64,000 nucleotides of DNA from Squalus acanthias. Taxonomy: Eukaryota. The first letter of the stretch is position 1. The number at the start of each line of letters is the position of its first letter. The stretch covers positions 52,516,001 to 52,580,000 of the forward strand of contig CM059432.1 of the NCBI GenBank assembly GCA_030390025.1, given 5' to 3'. The position numbers and the translations under genes are program-made. Below, piece after piece: positions 36,352 through 48,979 of the stretch. Below the pieces are notes generated by a model, which did not search any database, was not told the DNA's origin, and saw only the letters and a list, made by a program, of their open reading frames with translations.

Positions 36352-37580
36352 GGGATTTTTGACCTAAGAAAATGGGTGGGTTGGGGTTGTGGGTTAGTTA
36401 AAGTATTAAAAATCTGAATCCCGAACTTAACCCGCCTCCAACCCGCCCACTTCCGGTTTTAAGGGAGGCGGGACGGGGGTTGGGCAGCCAACCCGCTGCC
36501 AGGAGACGGGTTATCTATTTAAATATTATAATGAGGCTGGAAGCCGCTGCTTTAACCACCATTTTGTATTTAACAGTGGCTGGTTGGGTTTTGCACGCCT
36601 TGGGAAACCCGCCAGCTAATGTAAGGCGAGAACTGCTGGATCCTGGAAGCAAGTGCCTTTACACTTACCTCCTGAATCCACGGTCCCTGTCTAACCGTTC
36701 CCCCGTGATCATAAACCCCACCATGAGGCCTCCAATTCCCCCACCCCAGGCCTCCGATTTCCCCCCCATGAGGCCTCCCCCGGCCAAGCCCTCCAATCCA
36801 CCCACCCCAGGCCTCCAATCCCCTCCCCCTGGATACCCCCTCAGCCTCCGATTCCCTCCCCCAGGCCTCCGATCTCCCCCATGACGCCTCCCCCCGCCCC
36901 AGGCCTCCGATTCCCCCCCCCCGCCGCCCCCGGCCTCCCCACGATCCCTTCAGACCCCCCCTTCTCCCCCCCCACCCCGTGCAGCTCCCGGCCCCAAATC
37001 TTCTTCCGAAGACCTTCCCACTGCTGCTGCGGCTGCCCCCCAACCCCTGATCCTCCTCGGTTCCCCCCCCGCTCCCCTACGGGCTGCTGCTGCAGCCACC
37101 CCCTGACCCCCACGCAATCCCTCCCTCCCTCTTCTGCGGGAGGGGATTGGAGGCCTGGGGGGGTTTGGAGGTCTGGGGGTGGTTTGGAGGTCTGGGGTGG
37201 GGGGATCGGAGGCCTCGTTGGGAGGGGGGGGTGCGTGGTTATGATTACGGGGGTTGGGTCAAAATTTGCAGATGACGCAAAACTTGGAAGTATAGTCAAC
37301 AGTGAGGAGGATAGTGATAGACTTCAAGAAGACAGGCTGGTGGAATGGGCGGACACGTGGCAGATGAAATTTAACGCAGAAAAATGCAAAGTGATACACT
37401 TTGGTAGAAAGAACGAGGAGAGGCAATATAAACTAAAGGGTACAATCCTAAAGTGGGTGCATGAATGACCTGGGGGTATGTGTGCACAAATCGTTGAAGG
37501 TGGCAGGGCAGTTTTTTTTATTCATTCATGGGATGTGGGCATCGCTGGCAAGGCCAGCATTTATTGCCCATCCCTAATTG
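36352..37580. mobile_element. Composite: GC-rich element with C-rich minisatellite and inverted G-rich segment, then CR1 RT fragment, then LINE tail
   Basis: GGCCTCCGATTCCCCC repeats at 36725-36960, reverse-complement copies at 37140-37225, CR1 SKFADDAKLG..WQMKFNAEKC at 37258-37510 and an RTE-X-like 3' end at 37515-37580. Confidence 0.65.
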
Positions 37581-37888
37581 GCTAGATATTTGAGGGATTG
37601 ATAGGTATTAATTGAAATCTATGTAAACCCTGATCAGTAGGCTTGCAATTTTCCGACCAGTGCTCCCTGTGAGTGCTGTTTCATGCTGGGAGTGCCCATA
37701 TTGGCTAATCAATACTTATATATCTAACGGTAATGCAGAGCGGGGGGCGGAGGGTTATTAAGATGCAGGATGTGAAGCACATTTGAATGTACCATTGCAA
37801 CAATGAATGTAGGGTAATTGTGACAGAAAGAATATCAATGTAGCCATGAAATCTGCTAGATCAAACTCATTTAATCTTAATTTTACAG

Positions 37889-37927
37889 CTTTCAGTGATG
37901 TGTTAAGTGAAGTTTGCCGTGTGGCTG
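37889..37927 (+). CDS. MYOM1: Myomesin-1 exon, My11-My12 linker
   Basis: ttacag|CTTTC ... GCTG|gtaagt; AFSDVLSEVCRVA. Confidence 0.93.
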
Positions 37928-38024
37928 GTAAGTGTTCTCTGAAGAACGTCGTGCAGTATATTTTCATCGTTTTCTGGTGGTTATTAATTGGGATAGAAAC
38001 TTAGTGTTTCTGTTAACATTACAG

Positions 38025-38130
38025 CTCAGACTGCAACAGAGGTGAAGGTACAGAGTACAGAACATGGTATCAGACTCTACTCCTTTGTTACTTACTATCT
38101 GGACGAATTGAAGATCATCTGGTACCACAC
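38025..38130 (+). CDS. MYOM1: Myomesin-1 exon, Ig My12 N-part
   Basis: ttacag|CTCAG ... CACAC|gtaaga; AQTATEVKVQSTEHGIRLYSFVTYYLDELKIIWYH. Confidence 0.95.
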
Positions 38131-38412
38131 GTAAGAAATCACTTTCTTCAGTACATTTGGCACCGGAAAATTGGGAGCAATGCGAATTGGACAGGCTGAC
38201 CTCTGTGTCCAATTCACCGACCCGTGCTTCTAACAAGTGAGGCTCACAAAACCTACCCCTTTCCTGTATTTGATTTTCACAGAGAAAGGGTAGAGAGGTC
38301 TGAAGTTTTGCACCTGTTATTGGAACTGCCATCTTATTATATTGTGGGGAAGCTAGAAATAATGCACAGTCTAAGTTTAGATTGTTTTAAAATGCTTGTT
38401 GTCTTTCTCCAG

Positions 38413-38576
38413 AGACACAAAGCTTGCGTCCACAGAGAGAGTAAAGAGCGGTGTTACAGGAGAGCAGCTCTGGCTGCAGATTAATGAACCCACTGAGAAG
38501 GATAAGGGCAAATACACTCTTGAACTCTTTGATGGAAAAGAAGGACACAAAAAATCAGTTGAATTGACAGGGACAG
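38413..38576 (+). CDS. MYOM1: Myomesin-1 exon, Ig My12 C-part
   Basis: ctccag|AGACACA ... ACAG|gtaaga; DTKLASTERVKSGVTGEQLWLQINEPTEKDKGKYTLELFDGKEGHKKSVELTGT. Confidence 0.96.
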
Positions 38577-40263
38577 GTAAGAAAAACATCTACTTCTGTT
38601 CACGCTAATTTTAAAACTGTAATAAAATGTTGCTGTTGATCCATCCACGCGCTGATACCAGCCCAGAACTTCTGGGGGAGGCCTTTTGGGGGCAGATCTG
38701 GGACAAGGCAAAACTTCAGCTCCCCCATGGATATGGTCCACACCCCCATATACTGGGTTCAGGAACATTTACACATTGCTGGCAGGCGTCCGTGCCATTT
38801 ATGGCGCCAATGAGATGCGCATGTCAGGTGGGAGGGAGGGATTTAGCTGTGCACCCAACTGCAGCATAAGTGACTCTTTCATTGCTGGCTCACGATGATT
38901 TCAACATTTTAAAATGCAGTCGTTTTCGATTTGAATCTAGAATCCCACTTGTTTTAATCTGTTTGACCCGATGTGCCTCCTCGTTAGTCACAAACTCATT
39001 GATGCTATTTTCTCACCAAATGAGCATTGAGACCATGTGATTTAAGGGTTGGGAATTGTTGGTGTGGCACATTGTGCGGGATCTGAGGTGACATTTCAGG
39101 CAATAATAACGAGCTTCAGCCAAGAAGGCATTACAAGTACCTCCACTGTCATAGAATCCTAGAATGATACAGCGCAGAAGGAGGCTATTCAGCCCATCGT
39201 GCCTGTGCCGGCTCTTTGATAGAGCTATCCAACTAGTCCCACTCCCCCACTCTTCAATTTAGATAGCCGGGTCCATGATTACTAATCCATTTGAAAAGAG
39301 GTCCTTCAACCAAAAATGTTTGGGAACCACTGATTTAGTACTACCACCCACAGAATGAGTTAACTAGTTAAAGCTACGCCATGCATACAGGGCAAAGTTT
39401 AAAATGCCTATCAGTTGCTTATTACGTGTGAAAATATTTTTTCCTTTATTATTAATAGCACAGTAAAACACCAGAATTAATGCTACTTATAGGCCTCTGT
39501 TAAGATAGAACCTTTTTCTGATTCCTGTGCACTATGTATTGTGCCATGCACTTCAAATTCCTCAGTATGCGAGGCTTATTAGCACGTCTGACCAGATGAG
39601 GACCATAGAACCAGGAGTAGGCAATTCAGTCAATTGAGCCTGCTCCACCATTTTGTGCACCATATTACACTAAAGCACTTGCCCTCATTTAAATCTCTCC
39701 ACACCATCTGGCTTTCCTCAGCTCAGGACAAGCAAATGACCTGTGCCAAGGCCTCTGCTCTGTAACCAGCTGTATTAGGAGTGGTCTTAGATGAGGATGG
39801 TTCTTCTTCTATTAGGGAGGTGCTTAACCTCAGTTTGATGACTTCAATTTTCTCCTGATCCCACGTCATGTGGGCATGAAGTTGTATACCTATAATTTCA
39901 TGATGAGTTGGTGTAGCGCTATAGAACATTACCGGACTGTCTTCTTTCAGTTATCAAATCAGAGGTGTGACCTGTGAAAACAAATGAAATGCAACAGCAG
40001 CCGCAGTGATAATGTAAACATATTTGGGTATATTTTCAACTTGCCATCCGGGTGTAAAATTGGCGTTGCAGATTGGCAGCTTGTTGGAATCGATAGAAAT
40101 GAAAATCGGGCAGTTCCTATGACGGGCAGCTGATCTGCAATGCCAGTTTTGTGCCCAGGTAGGAAATTGAAAATCTACCCCATTGCAATTGTTTTCATTA
40201 CAATTCAGTTGCTGAACTAATTGTCACACATTTAACAACCACTACTGTCTCTTCTTTTTAAAG

Positions 40264-40300
40264 TATTTGATGAAGCCTTTACAGAATTCCAGAGGCTCAA
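40264..40300 (+). CDS. MYOM1: Myomesin-1 exon, My12-My13 helix
   Basis: ttaaag|TATTTGAT ... CTCAA|gtaagt; VFDEAFTEFQRLK. Confidence 0.95.
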
Positions 40301-40380
40301 GTAAGTACACCGATTTTACTGAATACTGTATGTGTGCATTTTTTTACAATGATTTTTTTCTCTCCTCTCCTAAAGACATC

Positions 40381-41126
40381 GGGACGGATTTTCCGATCGG
40401 AGGCTTCCTACAGGCGGATGCCTCTGATTGGAAAAAATCTATGAACTTACCTGCTGGCTCCGTAGGTCCCGAGGCTTGCGATCCTGGAACTCTCCACTAC
40501 GAAATGTGCAGAGGCCCAGGTATCCCAGGGGCGCATGCGGTTCGCAAGCGCCCCTGAGATCACGTGAACCATGGGGAACCAATCAAAGAAGGGAATCCCC
40601 CTTCACACTTTTGACAGGTCTCTACGCACAGATCTGTCAAAAGTATGAATGGGGATCACTTAAAAAACACAGTAAAACATTAAATATATATTTTTTAATA
40701 ATCACATAAAATTAGTTAAAATTACATTAAATTAAATATTTTAAACAAAAATGTAATTTTTACAGAGCCAAAAATAAACTTAACTTTTATAAAAGTATTT
40801 TTAAACTATAAATGAGTGGGGGAAAAAATGATTTTTAAATTTTTTTTAAACTCTTATGCTGGTAAAAGCAGGCCTTATGCCTGCTTTTACGAGGTGTAAG
40901 ATTTTTAAAGATTTTCAGCGGGCGGAAGTTGTGCAAAAAGCGGAACTCTCCACCCGCGGAGGCCCTTCTCCCGGGCAGGTGGATGATCTGTCAAGAGAAT
41001 TCTTGACAGATCGGAAGTGCCGGTTTTCAGCGCATGCGCTTCGCATACCTAAATCCGGCACTTGCGAGGCCCCTATGGGTGCGTACACACCTCGTACGCA
41101 CCCGTCGGGGTCGGAAAATCCGGTCC
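40381..41126. mobile_element. MITE with multiple internal hairpins, copy 2
   Basis: TIRs GGGACGGATTTTCCGA / TCGGAAAATCCGGTCC. Collinear with 1941-2701. Confidence 0.8.
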
Positions 41127-42867
41127 GTTGACTCCTTGCTGGAGTGCGGTTCCACAGGTGCTGGTTTCCTTCACTACTTCACCTAAGTGGCCATTCTTTA
41201 CGTGTGAGGTTAGACAGGGCGTTACAGGCATACACACTGCATGCAAACAGACACACTTTTTATCCTCGTGAGGTGGCAATACATGTGGAGTATGACTCAA
41301 CATCTATTATGATTTAACAATGTTAAGTGGGTTGCAGCATTCCATTTCATAATGCATTGAAAACATCTCGATCAAGTGACACTTATGGCATTTTCCATTA
41401 CATTTATCTAAATGCCTATTATGCCTGTAGGTGGTGCTATGACAGTGGTTTTCAGTGTTATTTGCTAACTTTAGTAGCACCTCACTGTGGTAACTCATTG
41501 GATGGCCATGCAACAATTTTTGTCCTTTTTTTTGGATTGGAGATCATGTGGTTTCCTGTAAATGTTTTTGGCCATACCATCAATTCATACAGCAGAACTA
41601 TGCCCACTCTCTGGCTGCCACAGCCATTGTTTCACCTTCTTGCATGCATTCAAGTGGTTACACAAGCAGCAATTGTCTGTTGAATACGGTTAAACCTAAA
41701 TGCCATTTATTTTTCATATTTTTAAAATAAAAATCTAATAATTATGAAGAAACATGAGTGTTTTAAAATTAACCATAATTTACCAATTTTGAATGTTCAA
41801 CATTTTGGGGGAAAATGTGCCCCTTGACTATCTTAGAAACCTACTTAACAATGGATGGGCGGGGTGGGGGGGGGGGGGGCGGGTGGCGGGAAGAGGAGGC
41901 ATTTGAAATAAATGTGTACAATTCTAAATTTGCAAACTACATCTCTGAGATTAGACAGTATCAGTAGTTTATTCAATCTGATCCCACCTGATGTCCATGC
42001 ACGTGTACTTCCAACAGGTGGTAGTTCAAAGCGGCAGCATGTTCAATTATCCACTTCCTAATCTTAGCACCCGTACCACTGCCCATGCCTGGTCTGTTTG
42101 AATGATATACTCATACGAACGTACATATGGACATACAAAGCATCAGACAATAAAAGACCCTGGTTCATCTAGCCTGTCCCATACAGTTGTGATGCCTTAT
42201 GCATCACATCAAGAGACTCCATACCCTTTAGGTGCTATGTAGTCTCCTGGGAGAAACGGAAAACCAGATCAAAAACCCAACGCCAAGTAGAGGAAAAAAG
42301 TCTGGAAAATTCCCCTCTGATTCCTTTAGGCAATTGTAACTAGTCCAAGAGATTACAGTGACCATGACTTTTAATATTTGGGACCTCCCTCTTGTAAATG
42401 TGATCAGTGTGTTCAGCAACTGGGGCATCAGGGAAGCACTGAGCAGTTTTTTACTGGTTTGTCATAGAACTTGCAGTAACAGTAAATTGGTAATAACTAT
42501 AAGAAAGTAAAGCATTTATTAAAAATTATGTTCACCTCACAGAAATGCCATTTGTTACCAATATATTGTATATGTATCTTGATTTAAAAATGCCGACATG
42601 GTTAGTCTCAAGAGTTTCTGCATTTAGTCAGTCACAAGGAACAAATAATATCACCACACCAATTACTTCCCCTTTCTTTTTTTAATGGAATTCTATTTTT
42701 AATACCACCAATAAAAATCAAACAAAAGCTTGTTTTATGGCATCACAGTTATGATATCAAAAAATCTTTATAATTCTCAATGTGTATGTATAGAATTATT
42801 TTATATGTAGATTAGCAAAATTTACCTTAATTTCTTTTTACTTTCTTTTTGAATCGTTAATAAACAG

Positions 42868-42890
42868 ACAGGCTGCAATTGCCGAACGAA
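42868..42890 (+). CDS. MYOM1: Myomesin-1 23-nt micro-exon, My12-My13 helix
   Basis: aaacag|ACAGGCTGCAATTGCCGAACGAA|gtgagt; (K)QAAIAER(N). Its phases fit both neighbouring exons. Confidence 0.94.
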
Positions 42891-43444
42891 GTGAGTATTA
42901 CGTTCTCAGATGTTGTATAAATATATTAATATTTTTATGATAAGTTAAATTGGAGTTTTAATAGATGGATTGCTGAGATAACTGGCATAGTTGTACTTAA
43001 AATTGTAATTCTTTTATGAGGGTATAAATTCATTTTTTTTTCTCAAAACACCACAATTTTGCTGGGCCATACATAGGTGCGTAGGGACAGGAGGAGGACA
43101 TTCAGCCCCTTGAGCCTGTTCCACCATTCAAATAGACCATTTCAATTACATATCAGCAGCTCTGCAATTCCTTTCCAAGGTACCCACTCGGGGGCATGAG
43201 AATGTCCTGTGATTGACTCACCCTTCAATTTTTCACAATCCCAGGTTGAGAAAGCACCTAATTCCCAACTGGGCTCTCCCCAAAGTGACACAGTTGAGAG
43301 CGGGAATCCTCCACTGTCTGGTGCTGACCACACTGGGTTACTGTGGCACTCATAACTGTACCATTTCAGTATCAGGAGATTCGCACTTGGAGACGTGCCT
43401 TCATGTCATAATGCCTAAGAGAATTTGATGTTTCTTTCTGTTAG

Positions 43445-43500
43445 ATCGTGCTCGTGTTATCGGAGGTTTGCCTGATGTTGTTACAATCCAGGAAGGAAAG
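43445..43500 (+). CDS. MYOM1: Myomesin-1 exon, start of Ig My13
   Basis: tgttag|ATCGT ... GGAAAG|gtaaat; NRARVIGGLPDVVTIQEGK. Confidence 0.96.
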
Positions 43501-43506
43501 GTAAAT

Positions 43507-43558
43507 AAAAGCAGAAAATGCTAAAAATACAGCATCTACAGTATTTTGCTTTTGTTTT
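43507..43558. mobile_element. 52-bp collapsed Penelope-derived insert with 14-bp TSD
   Basis: AAGGAAAGGTAAAT at 43493-43506 and 43559-43572. The insert consists of the two outer ends of the 9845-10302 element family. Confidence 0.8.
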
Positions 43559-43922
43559 AAGGAAAGGTAAATGTTGTGGTGCTGCTGGCTGGCAGGTATG
43601 ATGCTGTGTTTCTATATTTTAACTCTGGTCTTTTAGAATAAAATGAAACAAAACAATTTGAGGGCAGAAATTGAGCATTACTAATACAATATCAGACTTC
43701 TTATCATGGTAGACATTGAATCGCTTTAGTTTGTCAATGATCAACAGAAGATCTGTAAGAGCTGATTACAAAAATATCTAATCCCAGTTTAAATGGGTGT
43801 AACCACACACTAAAATAAATAAAATGTTTTTAGAGTTGGAAATAACTACATTTTACTGTGTAATGTCTCTTTTTGGGCTTGTTAAGAAAAATGATTGAAT
43901 TTTTTTTTAAATTTCTTTTTAG

Positions 43923-44207
43923 TCACTTAACCTTACCTGTAATGTCTGGGGAGATCCTGTTCCTGCAGTTTCCTGGCTGAAGAATGACAGGGAACTTGTG
44001 GGAGATGCTCATATGATACTGAAGTTTGAATCGGCAAAATTTGCTTCCTTCACCATCACCGATGTCAGAACCGCAGACTCTGGCAAATACAGCATCCTCG
44101 TGAAAAACAAATACGGCACTGAGACGGGCGACTTTACTGTAAGTGTGTTCATACCTGAGGAAGAAGAAGAGCAAGCTGTACAGGAAAAAGCAGCAAAGAA
44201 AAAGTGA
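43923..44207 (+). CDS. MYOM1: Myomesin-1 last coding exon, Ig My13 (dimerisation domain) to stop
   Basis: tttag|TCACTTAAC; SLNLTCNVWGDPVPAVSWLKNDRELVGDAHMILKFESAKFASFTITDVRTADSGKYSILVKNKYGTETGDFTVSVFIPEEEEEQAVQEKAAKKK*. The VSVFIPEEE ending is MYOM1-like. Confidence 0.96.
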   Translation, partial: SLNLTCNVWGDPVPAVSWLKNDRELVGDAHMILKFESAKFASFTITDVRTADSGKYSILVKNKYGTETGDFTVSVFIPEEEEEQAVQEKAAKKK

Positions 44208-45215
44208 GGCAATTGTATTGAGGAAGATAAGAGAAAGCAAACAAGCTCAGGCTAACATATATTATCAACAGTGTGTAAGTTTTGATGTGGAGGATAGTTT
44301 ACTGTTACTTGAAGAATGGTGAGACTAGAGGAATGATTTTCAAGCAGCAGTTTTAAAGACTTTCATTGGCTCTACTAAACTAGTCACTGAGTGCATCTGA
44401 AGCATTGAGTTAGAGAAGTAGAATTCCTATAGATAAGTTGTTAGCCAATTGATTTTGTTTTGTGTCCCAAATTTCAATGTGAACACCAAATGATGTCGAT
44501 GCTGTAATGAATAAAATCCCATAGCAATACACTAATAAATGGTGCACATATCCTTCACACTTACCTCCACCTTGTTCCACTGTGTCTTCTTTCGAGGAAT
44601 GTTGTCACTTTTTTTCACCACTTCTTTCTAGTTCGTCAGCTTCCATGTTGTATTTAAAGTTTCAGTGTCCCTTGCCCAGCTTAACTTTATCCATTTAAAT
44701 GAATACTCCTACACTGCCAGGCCCATACTGGAGTGAATCTTGTATGGTTGCCATTCAAGGGTGAGGTCTGTACTTCAACCTTTTTTGTAGTACTATCATG
44801 CAGTGGGCTCTGTCTCGCGTGTCTCCAGACAACACCAGTTTGATGAGTTGAAGTCACTACTCTACCATCTTTGGTGTAGTCCTTTGTGATTGGATTTGTA
44901 AGTTCTGCAGTATGTTGCCATGCTGGGGCTCCAGACATTGAATTAGTTTCTGGAGACAGCTTACTGAGTGACTCTGGATAACTTTAAAAAACACCCAGAG
45001 CTAGACTACTGCAACAAAATGTACATAACTATTACAAGAAGAACAACTTCTGCAAGCCACTGATAAAGATTCAAATATGTTAATTGCTTCCAGAATTCAG
45101 TAATAGATCAATACCAATGCCCAAAAGAGACACTGTAATTTTAACATGTTCAACATGGAGCAGCAAGTAGCTCGAACTCACATGGGTTAACTCTTGTTTG
45201 TCACTGGTAATTCAT

Positions 45216-45280
45216 TGTATGAATAAACTTAAGCAATGCTATTTATCTGTCAGTGGTTTCATGTGGTAAGTGTGGTTTAG
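45216..45280 (+). terminator. Probable MYOM1 polyadenylation signal
   Basis: TGTA (45216), AATAAA (45222-45227) and a downstream GT-rich tract. More proximal AATAAA hexamers at 44510 and 44534 are alternatives. Confidence 0.55.
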
Positions 45281-46012
45281 CCTACTTGCATGGGGTGTTC
45301 CATGTAATTGGTACTGAATTGAGAGTATTCCTTTGTGCCAAAATGACAGACAGTTTAGCGTTAAAATTTCAAGAGAGGAAACATTGGTGGTTGTTATATT
45401 ACTCAACTCTTGATTATTAAAACCATTACTGACTGCACTCCTATTACTACAATAATGATTTATTCCTGCCAGCGTGAAGCAGAGGTGTTCCTTGATGTGA
45501 AAACCTGACTAAACTCACCTTTTGTTGATTATGAAACACAAACACTTTGTTGGCACTTTCACATGCATGTACTAATCTTTCTTTATTGTTCATGAGGCAA
45601 ACTTCAATTCACATGATATTGAATGTCCATTAAGTACATGATGTAGAAAGTAATTTTTGACAAGATTTAGAAAATTAATTAAGGGAATAAGGCAGTGATA
45701 GTGGCAGTTCTTACATTGATTTGCATTAATAAATCCTCTACGAGAATCATTAGTGAAAAGTAAACAGTAAATTTCAAAGTTATACTAAGTAATACTTACA
45801 TAATACATACAATCTTGGAAACTGCTGTTACCTTAAGGCGTGATGATGGGATCAGACAGAATTGACATTGGTCTGTCTTACCGTATTTAAGTCAGTAAAA
45901 TTGAATGTAATAAGATGTGATTGCATTAATTAATGGACCTGAGACCCAACTAGGACTGTTTTTGTAAGAACAGACTTATCATTATTTATTCACAGTAGTC
46001 ATTTGGCATTAA

Positions 46013-46753
46013 TGGCCCAAAAATTGCTGGAAAAATAACGGTGAGTTCATGGCGCATGCCATTATTAGTGTGTAAATATCCAACAATTTGTGGCAAGGAA
46101 GAGATATGCGATGAGTTGCGAATCGCCACAAATTGCTGGACAATTTGCCGTTAGCCTCGCAAAATCAGGAGCTCTCTGTCAATCTCCCCATGAGTGTTAA
46201 GACATTGCTGGTAACCAGTCCACAAAGAAATCTCGTTGTATTTCATGTCGCAAGGACCCTGTTAATGACGTGATTTATGGTCCTGACAAGCCACTTGACT
46301 TTGGAAGCCCAGAAAGAGAACAATTGAAACTGTGGAGTCTCACTACTGCAGGTAGTAAATTGTTCCTAGCGGTTGTTAAAAGTTAACATTTTTACATTTT
46401 CTTCTGACTTATCCTTTCTATCTCTCTCCTATTTTCTCTCTCTCTTAATTCAATCTTCCTTTCCCTCCTTTTCTTTCTCTTTCTGTATCTAATTTGACTC
46501 TAATTCACCCTAGTCCCTTCTCCAGTATCAGCTCTGTTTCTTTCTATATCCTTAAATTTCATTGGCTAAGAAAATAGACCACTGGACCTTGCGTTCATGA
46601 GGTCCCAGATGCCCTGTTGACCTCATCGCGCCATTCTCAATTCATATTTCCAGCATTTTGCGGCGCAGAAATAATACGACCTGAAGAATTAGGTAAAAAA
46701 TCCAATTTATGGTGCTTGGCATGAGATGTGCCACTCCAGCAATTTCTAGTTCA
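46013..46753. mobile_element. MITE (Harbinger-like TIRs)
   Basis: TGGCCCAAAAATTGCTGGA ... TCCAGCAATTTCTAGTTCA. Confidence 0.55.
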
Positions 46754-48979
46754 ATATTTACATATACTTACTTCAGAGTCCTATCGCAATTTCATGACTC
46801 TGACAATCCGCTGTTGCTAATGTGAAAGTGTTCACCTCCGTAAAATAAGCAATTATTTATTAAGAAGAGAAATTTGAGGTGATTTTTCAGCATTCATCTG
46901 TATTTGGAGAGAGCTGTTTTGGGAGCAGCCTCCAGTCCAATGGTTGGGACACTCAAGGCCAAGTAACAATAGGTGGAGCGTGCACAGTGCATGGTCTATC
47001 CATTTGTACTGGAAATTGCAAACAGGATCCTACAAGTAACGTAGGAACCTGATTTGCATAGCCAAGTAGGCTCCTGCCTGTTTTGGGCAGGAACGCTGGC
47101 CATTCATTTGCTGGACTGCCTAAAAATTGCATCGGGAAGGCCTAAGGTGGTCAACGGGTGCCGTCGCTCTGTTTATGCTGCAAAATGGGGTAGGTGGCAG
47201 TTGCACTGTGGGAGCCCGATTTAAATATATGAATTAGTGTCCCACCTCTCCGTGGCAGGACACTCGGATGCTCTGATACCCGTCGCCGTAAAACCTCTTT
47301 AACCCCCGCCCAACCCTCTCCTGCTGGCCGTGGGGAGGTTAATATCAAAGCCATTGTTTTAGGTAGATGGAACAGACTTATTTTCATCTGTGTGCATAAG
47401 CTGATGGACCATTCTAAACGCAAGGCTTCCACAACAAAGAAAGCAATCTACTGGTTGTATTTCCAAGGTGATTATGTGCAATTTTGTTTGTTATTGACCT
47501 CAAAGCCTTACGTCAGTGAAGTGCTGTCCTATTATTTTTTCTGGGGAATTTCAGTGTACAAATATAGACCGAGGGAGGCACAGGGAAATGAGGGAAACCA
47601 GGTTTTTGTCACTAAGGGATACCTGAAGTGAATAGCATGCTGGAGATGTTGGCAAAGTTCACTGTATACAATGATTGGAAGAAAAATATTCTATCATTCT
47701 TTCTATAAATTTTTTTAAAAGCTTGGCAGCACATTTAGCAATCTGTGAAAAGAGCAAAACAACACCTGGCACTAAAAAACTTACAGATGGGCAACAGCTC
47801 TGCCTAGGACACAGTACCAGTCAAACTAATTTGCCCAGTTACTCTTTATCAGTCTTTGGAGCTATCTCAAGTGATTGAAGGTCGACTCATGTTGGAGTAC
47901 GGATCCACAGATGTCCGACATCTGCCAGTGCCTTGCCCAAGAGATCATTGTTCATGTATGAGCAATGAGTATCGGCCGGTGATTCCATTGTGGGGGACAT
48001 TACCATCAAGCCCAATATCGTCCTTACTCAGCGCCCATAAATGTACACTTTTCAGCACAAGTCACCCGTTGGCATTTAGGAGTGGGAACCTTTCTGTGGT
48101 CATAATGCAATCCTTGGTCTTTGCTGAATTAGCTAATCACAGCTTTGGCAGTAGTTGGAGTCCACGAAAGATTTTTATAGGCCACAAAATGATGACCTGC
48201 TTTTTTTTGAAGTGCTTTTAAATGTTCAGCAGTTCAATTTATTTAAAATAGCTTCTAAAGAACATAATACCTAATACCTTCCATCATGCTGAACATTCAC
48301 AGAAAGAGAAGCTGCCAAATTTACTTTGCATGGTGTAATACAGCCTTCCACTGCAATACTAGAACACTCAGGAGAAAACGCATTCTGTGGCATGGGAGTG
48401 GAAGGAAGGGCAGTGGGTGTATTATTCTACTGAAGTGTCCCCAGATAATGACCTTTGAGATCTGAAGTATATCAATGCATTGCATTCCATTTGAGCAGTC
48501 TAGAACTTAATTTCAAAACACTACTACAAAAGATGGATTTGTGTTTCTTCTCACTTTAACAATTCCATTAGTTGGCATTAGCAAAGACCCACGTTAGCAG
48601 ATAATTTGGCAGGAGTAGTAAATTCTCCAGAGTATTTTAAACTAGTAGTCGTAATCTAACATTCCATACAGTGCAACGCACATTGCAGTCATTTCTTTGC
48701 CAAGCCATCTGTCCGCAGGGGAACCCAAACCTCCTTCTACTGTTCGACGTAGCCCAAACTATCATGTCAGAGCATCAAGTCTAGGTCAATTGTATGTAGC
48801 AGCAGTTGTTATTTATTGTATTAAATGCAAGAATGTGGGTTTGCCAAAAATGCATGCAATCTAACTCTTGCACAGGGCTCATGTATACTAGGCTGACCAT
48901 ACAATGTCCTTGGAAGAGTCCCCGGTTCTGGAATCTAGTCCCCATTATTACAGGTGCAGCTGATGTTTCAGCAACCTTG

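Noticed and set aside
41858..41890. Poly-G tract and short (AT)n/(AG)n microsatellites (7181-7200, 26927-26962, 54174-54195)
   Set aside because: Ordinary simple repeats with no sign of function.
9250..44207. Assignment to MYOM2/MYOM3, titin or MyBP-C
   Set aside because: An EH-like exon, motifs such as GTKEMVVNVDDDGVISL and LSHEHKFP, and the VSVFIPEEE ending fit MYOM1 best.
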